A stretch of DNA of 64,000 nt, taken from an uncultured Planctomycetaceae bacterium. GTDB lineage: Bacteria; Planctomycetota; Planctomycetia; Planctomycetales; Planctomycetaceae. The notes beneath the pieces are model-generated. The model made no database searches. It worked only from the letters and a program-made list of their open reading frames with translations, and was not told where the DNA came from. The first letter of the stretch is position 1; each line of letters begins with the position of its first letter. The stretch lies in contig CAWFGE010000018.1 of the NCBI GenBank assembly GCA_963815195.1, positions 243,023-307,022 on the forward strand, written 5' to 3'. Shown here piece after piece: positions 54,841 through 64,000 of the stretch. A program made the translations under genes and the position numbers.

Positions 54841-56289
54841 ATGATGGCGGCGGCTTCGGGATTGAACTTGGCGCATCCTCGGTTTTCCCGCCGGTTGGCT
54901 TTGCAGGCGGGGGCGGTCGGAGTCTGCGGGTTGGGGATGAACCACCTTGCGGCCCTCCGCGCGGCAGCGGCGAAGCCCGCGGAAACCGCGCGGGCTTGCA
55001 TTTACATCTTTCTCTCCGGCGGGCTCGCTCAACAGGATAGCTTCGATCTAAAACCCGAAGCCCCCGACACCGTCCGCGGGGAATTTCGTCCGATCGCCAC
55101 GCGCACGCCGGGGATTCAGATTTGCGAGCACTTGCCGGGGCTCGCCGCGCGGAGTCATCTCTGGGCGCTGTGCCGGTCGCTGACGCATTCGTCGAACGAG
55201 CATTCGCAGGGGCATCATATCATGCTCACCGGGCGGTCAGAGATGCCGCGGGGTTTTAACGCCAGCAAACCGCAGCCCAGCGATTGGCCTTCGATGGCGT
55301 CGATCGCAGGCGACGCCACGGTGCCGCGAAATAACCTGCCGCCCGCGGTCGCCTTGCCGGAGCGGTTGGTGCACAACAGCGGCCGGGTGATTCCAGGCCA
55401 GTTCGCGGGGTTGATGGGACCAAACCGGGATCCGTGGTTCATCGAGGCCTCGCCGTTTCATCCGAAATCTTACGGAGCCTTTCCCGAATACCCGTTCGAC
55501 CACCAGGAGCGCGGCGGCACGGACGGCCGCGTGTTTCAAGCCCCGAACCTGACGCTGCCTCACGGTCTCACGCGAACGAGCTTCGGCAAGCGCCTCGATC
55601 TTTTAAGGACCTTAGAGCGGCAGCAGCAGTTCTTGGAGCATCACGCCGCGGTGCAGAGCTTCGACCGGGATCGGCAAGGGGCGATTTCGCTGTTGGCCGA
55701 TGTGAAAATCCGCTGGGCCTTCGATGTGACCGCAGCCGACGACAAGACCCAGGAACGCTACGGCAAAAACTCTTTCGGCTGGTCGCTGCTGATGGCCCGG
55801 CGACTCGTGGAACTGGGCGTCAATCTCGTGCAGGTCAACCTGGGCAACGATGAGACCTGGGACACCCACGGCAACGCGTTTCCGCACCTCAAAGACAAGC
55901 TCTTCCCGCCCACCGACCGCGCGGTGTCGGCTTTGCTCGACGACCTCCACGAATCGGGTATGTTGGAAAACACCTTGGTCGTGATGGCCGGCGAATTCGG
56001 ACGCACGCCGAAAATTTCCCTCCTGCCGAGGAGCTACAAATTGCCCGGCCGCGATCATTGGGGCAAAGTGCAGACGGTGTTCTTCGCGGGCGGCGGCGTT
56101 CGCGGGGGGAACGTCGTCGGCGCCTCCGACAGCCAAGGCGGTTACCCGGCGGACGATCCCCAGACCCCGGAAAACTTCGCCGCCACGATATATCATTCGC
56201 TGGGCATTCCGTCCGAGGCCGTCTGGAAAGACGAAGTCGACCGCCCGCACCGCATCTACCACGCGGAACCGATTGCGGGTTTGCTGTGA
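54841..56289 (+). CDS. DUF1501 domain protein
   Basis: Tat-like SRRLAL, GGLAQQDSFDLKP, WDTH, GEFGRTP, GRDHW. Start codon approximate. Confidence 0.92.
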   Translation: MMAAASGLNLAHPRFSRRLALQAGAVGVCGLGMNHLAALRAAAAKPAETARACIYIFLSGGLAQQDSFDLKPEAPDTVRGEFRPIATRTPGIQICEHLPGLAARSHLWALCRSLTHSSNEHSQGHHIMLTGRSEMPRGFNASKPQPSDWPSMASIAGDATVPRNNLPPAVALPERLVHNSGRVIPGQFAGLMGPNRDPWFIEASPFHPKSYGAFPEYPFDHQERGGTDGRVFQAPNLTLPHGLTRTSFGKRLDLLRTLERQQQFLEHHAAVQSFDRDRQGAISLLADVKIRWAFDVTAADDKTQERYGKNSFGWSLLMARRLVELGVNLVQVNLGNDETWDTHGNAFPHLKDKLFPPTDRAVSALLDDLHESGMLENTLVVMAGEFGRTPKISLLPRSYKLPGRDHWGKVQTVFFAGGGVRGGNVVGASDSQGGYPADDPQTPENFAATIYHSLGIPSEAVWKDEVDRPHRIYHAEPIAGLL

Positions 56290-56344
56290 TGAACCCGCTT
56301 GCATTCGCGGAGATTTTCCAGCATTCTGAGACATCATCGAACTG

Positions 56345-56378
56345 ACGCGGGCACCGACCGAAGATTGGTCCGCTCGCC
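56345..56378 (+). repeat. 34-bp hairpin repeat, copy 3
   Basis: acgcgggcaccgaccgaagattggtccgctcgcc. Confidence 0.8.
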
Positions 56379-56401
56379 TTTGTACCACTGACAACGGACC
56401 C

Positions 56402-57688
56402 ATGCCCATGAAAACTTTCCGTGCTCGAATGTTCGCAATCGTTGCCGTCTTTGCCGCGGCTCTTCCACAGGCGCAGGCTCAGAAGTTTGTGCCGAATTAC
56501 GATGAGGACAAGGTTCCCCAATACACGCTGCCCGATCCGTTGGTGATGCAGAACGGCCAGAAGGTGATGGACGCGGAAACGTGGAAGAGCAAACGCCGGC
56601 CGGAGCTGTTGGCGCTGTTTAAGGAGTACGAATACGGCGCGATGCCGCCCGCGATGAAAATCGCCAAAGTGGAACGCCAGGGCGAAGACCAACATGCCAT
56701 CGGCGGCAAAGGCATCCGCAAGGAAGTGGCGCTTTCGTTCCGCAAAGACGGTTCGGGGCCGCAGGTCAATGTGTTGATTCTGCTCCCGAAAAATGCGAAC
56801 GGGCCGGTGCCGGCGTTTCTGGGGTACAACTTCAACGGCAACCACACGGTGCACGCCGACCCGGGCATTCGGCTGGCTCATGTGTACGACCGCAAGCCGG
56901 ATAGCCAGCCGAAAGTCGCCGACGAATCCACCCGCGGGGCGAGCGCCTCCCGCTGGCAGGTCGAGAAGATTCTGGACCGGGGTTATGCCCTGGTCACGGT
57001 GTATTACGGCGATGTCGATCCCGATTTTTATGACGGCTTCAAAAACGGCGTGCACGTGCTCTATCCCGAATATCAGGACCGGGGCGACAACTGGACGGCC
57101 ATCGGCGGTTGGGCGTGGGGCTTGCACCGCGTGCTGGATTACCTGGAAACCGAAAACGCGATCGACGCCAAGCACGTCGCGGTCATCGGGCATTCGCGGT
57201 TGGGGAAAACATCGCTGTGGACCGGAGCCACCGATGAACGGTTCGCCCTCGTGATCTCCAACGATTCCGGCTGCGGCGGGGCGGCTTTGGCTCGGCGGCG
57301 GTTCGGTGAAACCGTGGGCCGCATCAATACTTCCTTCCCGCATTGGTTCTGCACCAATCATAAGAAGTACAACACCAACGAGGATGAATTGCCTATCGAC
57401 CAGCACGAACTGATCGCGCTCATGGCGCCGCGGCCGGTGTATGTCGCCAGTGCCCAGGACGACCAATGGGCCGACCCCAAAGGCGAGTTTCTGTCCTGCG
57501 TCGGGGCGGACCCGGTGTATCGGCTGTTCGGTTTGGAAGGTTTGGCCACGAAAACCTGGCCCGCGGTGAATCATCCCGTGGCCGGCATGATCGGCTACCA
57601 CGTCCGCACCGGCAAGCACGATGTCACGGCCTACGATTGGGAGCAGTACCTCAACTTCGCGGACAAACACCTCCGCGGGAAACAGTAA
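56402..57688 (+). CDS. CE15 glucuronoyl esterase-like secreted esterase
   Basis: Signal peptide, NYDE.KVP.YTLPDPL, WAWG, GHSRLGK catalytic motif, DQHEL, WADPKGE. Confidence 0.9.
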   Translation: MPMKTFRARMFAIVAVFAAALPQAQAQKFVPNYDEDKVPQYTLPDPLVMQNGQKVMDAETWKSKRRPELLALFKEYEYGAMPPAMKIAKVERQGEDQHAIGGKGIRKEVALSFRKDGSGPQVNVLILLPKNANGPVPAFLGYNFNGNHTVHADPGIRLAHVYDRKPDSQPKVADESTRGASASRWQVEKILDRGYALVTVYYGDVDPDFYDGFKNGVHVLYPEYQDRGDNWTAIGGWAWGLHRVLDYLETENAIDAKHVAVIGHSRLGKTSLWTGATDERFALVISNDSGCGGAALARRRFGETVGRINTSFPHWFCTNHKKYNTNEDELPIDQHELIALMAPRPVYVASAQDDQWADPKGEFLSCVGADPVYRLFGLEGLATKTWPAVNHPVAGMIGYHVRTGKHDVTAYDWEQYLNFADKHLRGKQ

Positions 57689-57717
57689 GGAACCTTCGAG
57701 AATGACGGTCGCGTTCA

Positions 57718-57743
57718 TTAGCCGCTGGGCGCTAGCCCCGGTT
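57718..57743. repeat. REP-like palindrome (GGCGCTAGCC family)
   Basis: ttagccgctgggcgctagccccggtt. Confidence 0.7.
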
Positions 57744-57787
57744 CGTACGGCAACCGAGAAATGTTTGCTGCTGCCGAAGAGGATACG

Positions 57788-59812
57788 ATGAACGGAGAGG
57801 ATCGCTGCTCGGTTTGCGGGGGCGTGTTGTCGGCGGATGAGACGACGGAGGTTTGTTCTGACTGCCGCGAAAAACAGGCATTGGAATCGTCCGGCACCCC
57901 GTCCAACAGCCAAGCGGGCAGCGCATTCGCCCCGACCATCCGGCAGCCGACCGGCTTCGTGCCGCCAAGCCCGAAAATGCTGGGCGGGCACTTCACGCAG
58001 ATTGAGGTGCTGGAGTTGTTGGGCCAGGGCGGGATGGGAGCGGTCTATAAAGCCCGGCAGATCAAGCTGGACCGTTTGGTCGCGCTCAAAATCGTCCATC
58101 TCGAATCGGCGGGCGATCCGGCGTTCCGCGAGCGGTTCAATCGCGAAGCCCGCACGCTGGCCCGCCTCAATCATCCCAACATCGTCGCCGTCCATGACTT
58201 TGGCGAAGCGGCCGAGGCTTCGGCTGCCCGCGAAAGCGAATCCGCCCCGCCTTTCTATTACTTCGTGATGGAATACGTCGATGGAGCCAATCTGCGGCGG
58301 CGCATGCAAAACGCCCCGCGCCCGCCGGAAACGCTTGCGATCGTTCGCCAAGTTTGCGAAGCGCTCCAATACGCCCACGAGGAAGGCGTCGTGCACCGGG
58401 ACATCAAACCCGAGAACCTGTTGATCGATGCGCGGGGCCGAGTGAAGATCGCCGACTTCGGGTTGGCCAAATTCATGTCGCGGCTGCCGGATGAGATCAC
58501 CTTGACGGGCACGCATCAGGTAATGGGCACGCCCCGCTATATGGCTCCCGAACAACTCCAAGGTTCGCGGGCGGTCGATCACCGCGCGGACATTTACTCC
58601 CTGGGCGTGGTGATCTATGAACTGCTAACCGGCGAACTGCCCTTGGGCCGATTCGCCCCGCCCTCAAAAATCGCGGGGGTCGATCCGCGATGGGATGAGG
58701 TGGTTCTGCGATGTTTGGAACAATCTCCCGATCGGCGGTATCAACAAGTCGGCGACATCCTCTCCGATCTCGTCTCCCTCATGGATGCGGAGAACCCGCC
58801 TTCGAGAATGAAAGATCGCGTTCCCCAAGAATACCAACCGCCGTTGGGTGATTCGGCGATCGATCCCACCGAAATTGTGCCGTCTTCCCATGTCGTTCCC
58901 CCGGAAATCAGGCACCGGGTGAAATGGCCGGGAATCTTGCTGATGATCAACGGGTTTCTGGGCATCTTTCCGGTGTTCGGACTGTTGATCAGCGGGCTGG
59001 TCGCTTTGCGGGTTCACGGCGAATCCGAAAGTCCGATTCCGGGACTTCTCTATCTGATATTCGCGGCGGTCGCGCTGATCCTCGTCGGTCTCGTTGTGCG
59101 CGGCGGCTGGCATCTTGTGACGCTCGAGCATTACCGCGCGGCACTCTTGGCGAGTTTCCTGGGACAGCCCGCGGGGATTTGGGCACTGATCGTTCTCAGC
59201 CGGCCCGAAGTCCGCTCGGCCTTCAGGCAGCCATCGCAACCGATTGGCTTCTTGAAAGTGGTTTTCTCGCCGCTGCCTTGGATGATGCTGCTGGCTTCGC
59301 TGGGCATCTGGCAAACCTTTCAACCGTGGGCCGCTATCGCCAATACGCTGGTCTCGCCGATCGTGTGGGTAAACGTGGCGGGCTTCGCCTGGTGGCAGGG
59401 CATGGCGGCCTGCTTCGGTTTTGGCGGGATCCTGTTGATGGTGGCGATTTCCGCCGGCTTTCATCCGGTCCCGCTATGGCGTCCCCTCGGCGTGGGACTC
59501 GTGGGATTGGGGATCCTCGCCGCGACCAGCCATTTTATTGTGGAACTGCGAAACGGCACGTTGCCCGTCCAGCCCTTGTTGGAAGCGGCGAGTTGGGGCA
59601 TGAGCGTCGAAGGGAAACGGCCCGAATCCATCAACGAAGCGAAAGTCGTCGCGAAAATCGCCCTGGGACCCTATCTGATGCTCGCGGTGTCAGTCGGTTT
59701 GTTCGCATTCCTCACCTTGGACCTCCGCCATGCATTCCAGTCCAAATACGAAATGGATTCTTCTAAAGGGGAGCGTCCTCGCGCGATCACTTTTTTCCGC
59801 GAATCGGAATGA
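57788..59812 (+). CDS. Ser/Thr protein kinase with N-terminal zinc ribbon and multi-TM C-terminus
   Basis: CSVC...CSDC, GQGGMG, HRDIKPEN, DFG, YMAPE and several C-terminal TM helices. Confidence 0.93.
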   Translation: MNGEDRCSVCGGVLSADETTEVCSDCREKQALESSGTPSNSQAGSAFAPTIRQPTGFVPPSPKMLGGHFTQIEVLELLGQGGMGAVYKARQIKLDRLVALKIVHLESAGDPAFRERFNREARTLARLNHPNIVAVHDFGEAAEASAARESESAPPFYYFVMEYVDGANLRRRMQNAPRPPETLAIVRQVCEALQYAHEEGVVHRDIKPENLLIDARGRVKIADFGLAKFMSRLPDEITLTGTHQVMGTPRYMAPEQLQGSRAVDHRADIYSLGVVIYELLTGELPLGRFAPPSKIAGVDPRWDEVVLRCLEQSPDRRYQQVGDILSDLVSLMDAENPPSRMKDRVPQEYQPPLGDSAIDPTEIVPSSHVVPPEIRHRVKWPGILLMINGFLGIFPVFGLLISGLVALRVHGESESPIPGLLYLIFAAVALILVGLVVRGGWHLVTLEHYRAALLASFLGQPAGIWALIVLSRPEVRSAFRQPSQPIGFLKVVFSPLPWMMLLASLGIWQTFQPWAAIANTLVSPIVWVNVAGFAWWQGMAACFGFGGILLMVAISAGFHPVPLWRPLGVGLVGLGILAATSHFIVELRNGTLPVQPLLEAASWGMSVEGKRPESINEAKVVAKIALGPYLMLAVSVGLFAFLTLDLRHAFQSKYEMDSSKGERPRAITFFRESE

Positions 59813-59892
59813 TGGTTCGACGTCGGCGTCTGTGAGATATTGCGCCGACGCCTACGGGCAGTGCGGCGACAGCAACGCCGAAGTTCATATTG

Positions 59893-60792
59893 TTAGGGAA
59901 TGGATTCGGCCAGTTTGTCCCACGTGAGCTCGCCGGCTTGGATTTTTTGGACCAGGGTTGGCTCAGCGGTTAAGAGCTCGGCGGCTTCGGGGAGGGGGCA
60001 GTCGGCGAGGGCCAAGGCGGCGGCGGCTTTTTCGGGTTCGGTTCCGGTTTCCAGGACCCGCTTGAGATCCGCGAGCGCCTCCTGGTCCGCGTGGGGGCCG
60101 ACGCATCGCCAAAGTTCGGGGCTGACCGCGCGGCCGGCGGCCCGGCGTTCGTGGGCATAATCGACCAGCATCCGCGCGAGCGCGGGATTGGCCCGCACGT
60201 CCAGTCCCAGAATCGGATACAGCGGAGCCTCGATGAACAGGCTTTTGAGAACCATCTGGTTCCAGCGGCCTTCTTCCAAATGCTCGGCCGGATAGGGGTT
60301 GCGATCGGCCACCGCGCAAAACACCGACTTGATGTTCGTCCGCGTGCCTTCGGACGCCCGCATCGCGTGCGCCGGCTGATTGGGTAAGACCGGAAGGGCC
60401 TGATACAGCGCGACCAACTCGCCGACCTCGCCTGACGCGAACAGTTGATCGAGCATCTCCACGAATTGGTCTTCCGGCTGAGAACCGGCCGCCAAGACCA
60501 GCCGGGTGCGTGCGGCCTGGTCCACGGTCCAGTTTCGGGGATTCCAACCGGGACGGGCGGCGTCGGCGGCTTTCAAGTCCTGTTCCGAGAGGGTCAAATC
60601 CGCCTTGCCGAGTTTTCGCGGAATCATCCCGAATGCGAGGAACAACCCCTTGCGATCGCCCCCGGCGACTTTTTCAAGCCGTTCCCTAAGCCAACCCGCC
60701 GCGTCGGGCGAAACCTGTTTTTCGAGCCAGTTTTCCAGCAGCGTTTCGACCTGGGGGAAGTCGATGGAAGGGGCCTTCAGCAAATCGGCCAT
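59893..60792 (-). CDS. eboA: EboA domain protein
   Basis: W..DQAAR..L, ELVALYQALP, RTN, NPYP, WNQMVLKSLF, GLD.RAN..LARML.DYAHER.AAGR. Confidence 0.85.
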   Translation of the reverse strand: MADLLKAPSIDFPQVETLLENWLEKQVSPDAAGWLRERLEKVAGGDRKGLFLAFGMIPRKLGKADLTLSEQDLKAADAARPGWNPRNWTVDQAARTRLVLAAGSQPEDQFVEMLDQLFASGEVGELVALYQALPVLPNQPAHAMRASEGTRTNIKSVFCAVADRNPYPAEHLEEGRWNQMVLKSLFIEAPLYPILGLDVRANPALARMLVDYAHERRAAGRAVSPELWRCVGPHADQEALADLKRVLETGTEPEKAAAALALADCPLPEAAELLTAEPTLVQKIQAGELTWDKLAESIP

Positions 60793-60878
60793 CGGTTGTT
60801 CCTATCCTCTCGGTGTGGTGCGTGGTGATGTTTCCCCCAGTCTAATCGGCCCGGCGGTCCCTGCAAGACACCGGCGGT

Positions 60879-61469
60879 CTAAGGCGGCGGCGGGCCGTTG
60901 GCGAGTTGCATCTTGACGTCGGCGGCCACGGCTTGGACGGAGTGCTTGGCAAACCGCTTTTGCAGCCGGCGGACGAAGGGATAGCCCAAGCGGGGCAACA
61001 ACTGATGCGGCCGAGAAAATGCGAAGATGTCGTACCAGACTTCGCCATTGTCGGCGAGTTCGATCTGAAACCGCTCTTCGCCGCATTCCGCGTGTTCAGA
61101 GAGAGTGCCGTAGGCGAAGCCGAAGCGGTTCGGCTCGTCGACGACATAGACAATCCGGCAGACGTTGACCCACCACAGGCCCATCGCGCGGGCGACGGTG
61201 CAGAGAACTTCGCCTTCCCGGATCGGGGTATCGGCGGGCCAGGCCTCGAGCCAGGAAAACGCAAACTCCCGCCAACGCCTGAGCGAAGCTTTACCAGCGG
61301 CGAACACTTCCGGCCTCTGTCCCAGCATCGCCCGCGTGTGATCCACGACAAAACCCGCCGGCGGCTCCGCCCGGGTCGCGCCGACCGGCGAATACGTCAC
61401 ATTCGAATTCGCTTGCGAGGCCAGGATCTCGCGAATCGTCGGCGGGGCGGGTTTGCGAAGGAAAATCAT
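60879..61469 (-). CDS. DUF1990 family protein
   Basis: TYSPVGAT, CRIVYV, FGFAYGTL..HAECGEERF, AFSRP. Confidence 0.9.
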   Translation of the reverse strand: MIFLRKPAPPTIREILASQANSNVTYSPVGATRAEPPAGFVVDHTRAMLGQRPEVFAAGKASLRRWREFAFSWLEAWPADTPIREGEVLCTVARAMGLWWVNVCRIVYVVDEPNRFGFAYGTLSEHAECGEERFQIELADNGEVWYDIFAFSRPHQLLPRLGYPFVRRLQKRFAKHSVQAVAADVKMQLANGPPPP

Positions 61470-61508
61470 CAACGCCTCTTCTGCATGGACCGAGAGGCCC
61501 CGCGCATT

Positions 61509-62676
61509 TCAGGCGGCCCAACTTAATTGTGCCGGTTGCGCGACCACGGGCATGGCGGGGCGGTTTTCGTAGTACCGCCCGGTGTGATAGGTGATGATGT
61601 CCTTGGAGCCCGTGGTGCACCCGCCGGGATAATCCGCCGCCGCGAAGTAGTGGGACACGATGCTGCGGCGGGTGAGCAACGGGTTTTTGATCTTTCCGCC
61701 TCCGTGGAGAAGCAGCGGGTGCCAGATCAGCACGTCACCTTTCTTGGGGCAGTAGGTCTTGGGCGAGAGCCCCAGTTCTGCCACCTTCCGGTCCATATAC
61801 TCGGTGAACCCGTCCATTTCCTCGGGAACCCAATTCAACTTGCCGTGGCTGAACAAGTAGGGGGGGATGTTGTTGCTGCCGGGATAATATTGCAGCGGCC
61901 CCGCATCGGGGTCGATGTCCTCCAAGGCGACCCACGCCGCGACCATGCGGTAAGGCAGCACCGGCGGCATGAAGAGTGTGTCAATGTGATCGTTTTGCTC
62001 GCTGCCTCGCTCAAAATTCAGCGAGGTTAATATGCAGGGGTCGCCGTCCAACAGCGCCCGCAGAACTTGGGACAGCGACTCGTCCAACATCAACGCCCGG
62101 ATGCTCTCTTCCCAATAGTACAAGTTGTGAAGCTTGTAGGGCCGATTGCGGTGTTCCGGGCGGATGTGGCGGATGGGCAAATGCTGCCGGCGGTCCGAAT
62201 TCGAGCTCGACGATCGTCTCGATGGGCCGGGTTTCCTTTTTGGCGTTCCGCCAGAGACGGTCCACGGTCTCGTTGACCGCATCGAGCTTGTCGTCGTCAA
62301 AAAACTTCTCGAGGATGAGCGCGCCGTGTTTCCACTGGGCTTTCTGCTCGTCGGTGAAGGACTTGGGCTCGTCGGAAATGAACGGGCGGCGGAGGCCTTG
62401 CAACTCTTCTTCGCGACCGTGCCATTCCCAGTGCACGCGGCCGGTCGGATAGGCTCCGTGACTGACGGCGACCGCGACATCGTGATTCCGCAAAAGATAC
62501 GACGCCTCCCGGTAGCAGGGAATCCCCGAACGCAGGCCCCGCTCAATCTCTTCTTGCCCCCTTTCTTGATAATGCTCGAATCCCGAACCGCATTCCCCTT
62601 CGACAATCGCCTTGGAGACATCGGGGTTGGCCAACAGGTATCCCCATTCGTTGAACCCATTGTAAGACCACTCCAT
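61509..62676 (-). CDS. Phytanoyl-CoA dioxygenase (PhyH) family protein with N-terminal YL..NPDV repeats; apparent frameshift near 62200
   Basis: HID (HxD), AWVALEDI....GPLQYYPGS, GDVLIWH..LLHGG and distal Arg. The N-terminal half is in ORF 62011..62676 with a GGAGG RBS. Confidence 0.85.
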
Positions 62677-62951
62677 TGGATTCCTTTCCTCCCGCTTTCG
62701 TTTCCAAAAGTCTCAATTATCACCAGGTGCAATCCTTGGTGCGGCCGTCCCGAATGACGCGTGGTTCAAGGACGGCCGGTATGGTATGTCAAAGGCTCAA
62801 ACAATGTAAAGACGGAATTCCACCTATGCTCCGGCGTCTCGGCTTCCGGCGATGAACGAATGGCGGGGTTTGCGTGCTTGACCGGGGGAAGATTGGGGGC
62901 TACAAGGAAAAGAAGGTTTCAGGGACAATATGGGTTTTGGGGAGCAGTTTA

Positions 62952-63905
62952 ATGAGCAGTTCTTTCGACCGGGCTTCGCTTCGCACTGTGCATCTGGTGC
63001 CTTTGACGGCCTACGATTCTTCGGGAAATCTCGACGCGGACCTGCAAGCGGCCCACACGCGGCGGATGGCGACGGCGGGGATTCGGGCGTTTCTGCCCGC
63101 GGCGGGAACGAGCGAGTTTCACAGCCTCTCCGCGGACGAGATTGTGGAAATCGTCCGCATCACCCGCGAAGCCGCAGGCCGCGAGGCGGTGATTTTCGCG
63201 CCCGTGGGACTTCAGGTGGGCCATGCGATCGAAGTCGCCACGCGGTCGCTCGATGCGGGGGCGACCGGGATCATGTTCATGCCGTTTTCGCATCCCTACA
63301 TGAGCGATGAAGGAGCGCGGGACTATTACAAAGCCGTGATGGACGCCGCCCCCTGTCCCACCTTGATCTATAAAAAAGCCCCAATCCCCGCGAACTCGCT
63401 GCTCTTGGAACTGGCGGATCATCCCAATGTCGTCGGCGTCAAGTACGCTTTCAACAACATGCACGAATTCCGCCGGACCGTGCTCGAGGATTCGCAAGGC
63501 GGGCCGCCCAAGATCGAATGGCTCTGCGGCTCGGCCGAGCGGTTCGCCCCGTATTACATGCTCGCCGGCTCCACCGGCTACACCACGGGGGCCGGGAACG
63601 TCTGCCCGCACATCACCCTCGCCATGCACGCGGCGTTCGCGGCGGGCGAATACGCCGAGGGCATGCGGCTCCAGGCCCTTTTACTGCCTATCGAAGAATA
63701 CCGCGCCCGCGCGGGCGACAGCTACAACATCAGCATGCTCAAAGGCGCGATGAACGTCCTGGGCCAAAACTTCGGCCCGCCCCGCCCGCCCCAACGCCAA
63801 TTGACCCCGGCCGAAGAAGCCGAGATCGAAGCGATGATCCGCCCGCTCTTAGGCATCGATGCCGAGCTGCAAACCGAATTCCAAAACGCCGGCCTGGTGG
63901 GTTAG
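62952..63905 (+). CDS. Dihydrodipicolinate synthase family aldolase/dehydratase
   Basis: AGTSEFHSLS, LIYK and VVGVKYA Schiff-base lysine. Confidence 0.9.
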   Translation: MSSSFDRASLRTVHLVPLTAYDSSGNLDADLQAAHTRRMATAGIRAFLPAAGTSEFHSLSADEIVEIVRITREAAGREAVIFAPVGLQVGHAIEVATRSLDAGATGIMFMPFSHPYMSDEGARDYYKAVMDAAPCPTLIYKKAPIPANSLLLELADHPNVVGVKYAFNNMHEFRRTVLEDSQGGPPKIEWLCGSAERFAPYYMLAGSTGYTTGAGNVCPHITLAMHAAFAAGEYAEGMRLQALLLPIEEYRARAGDSYNISMLKGAMNVLGQNFGPPRPPQRQLTPAEEAEIEAMIRPLLGIDAELQTEFQNAGLVG

Positions 63906-63967
63906 ATTGGCGACGGGGTGTGAAGCGCACAAAAAAACGCCCGAAAAATCAGGGTTTCATCAAAACT

Positions 63968-64000
63968 CATGCTCATGCAAAGCCATGAGCATGCCACCCC
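63968..64000 (-). repeat. GGGTGG-headed perfect hairpin (REP-like)
   Basis: catgctcatg-caaagc-catgagcatg followed by ccacccc. Confidence 0.6.

Noticed and set aside
55889..58582. 897-aa minus-strand ORF
   Set aside because: Antisense shadow of the DUF1501, CE15 and kinase genes in high-GC DNA; no recognisable motifs.

Overview
GC-rich (roughly 60-65% by eye) bacterial chromosomal DNA. Its gene content is typical of Planctomycetota: DUF1501 proteins, a PVC-type CxxCH heme protein, BlaI/BlaR1-WD40, HYExAFE, sulfatase, HEAT-repeat protein and Ser/Thr kinases. The window holds about 47 protein genes, including ligA, rsgA, apt, pyrF, ggt, mtaB, tmk, prs, mqnD and an ABC-F ATPase. I found no rRNA, tRNA, CRISPR array, transposase or integrase. 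About 12 apparent single-base frameshifts in unrelated genes suggest long-read indel errors rather than true pseudogenes. The most notable items are: (1) an ECF sigma factor followed by a roughly 2,000-aa putative anti-sigma protein (TM-FecR-VIT-degenerate vWA-variable low-GC segment-LolA-like-TPR); (2) a dispersed, structured ~145-bp MITE/REPIN-like element with nested inverted repeats, in 5 copies plus a relative; (3) several further hairpin/REP families, one with a conserved cGNAg triloop; (4) a (TAAGAT)9.8 tract directly upstream of tmk; (5) a clear BlaI-type operator. All product calls come from motif recognition by eye; no database search was run.
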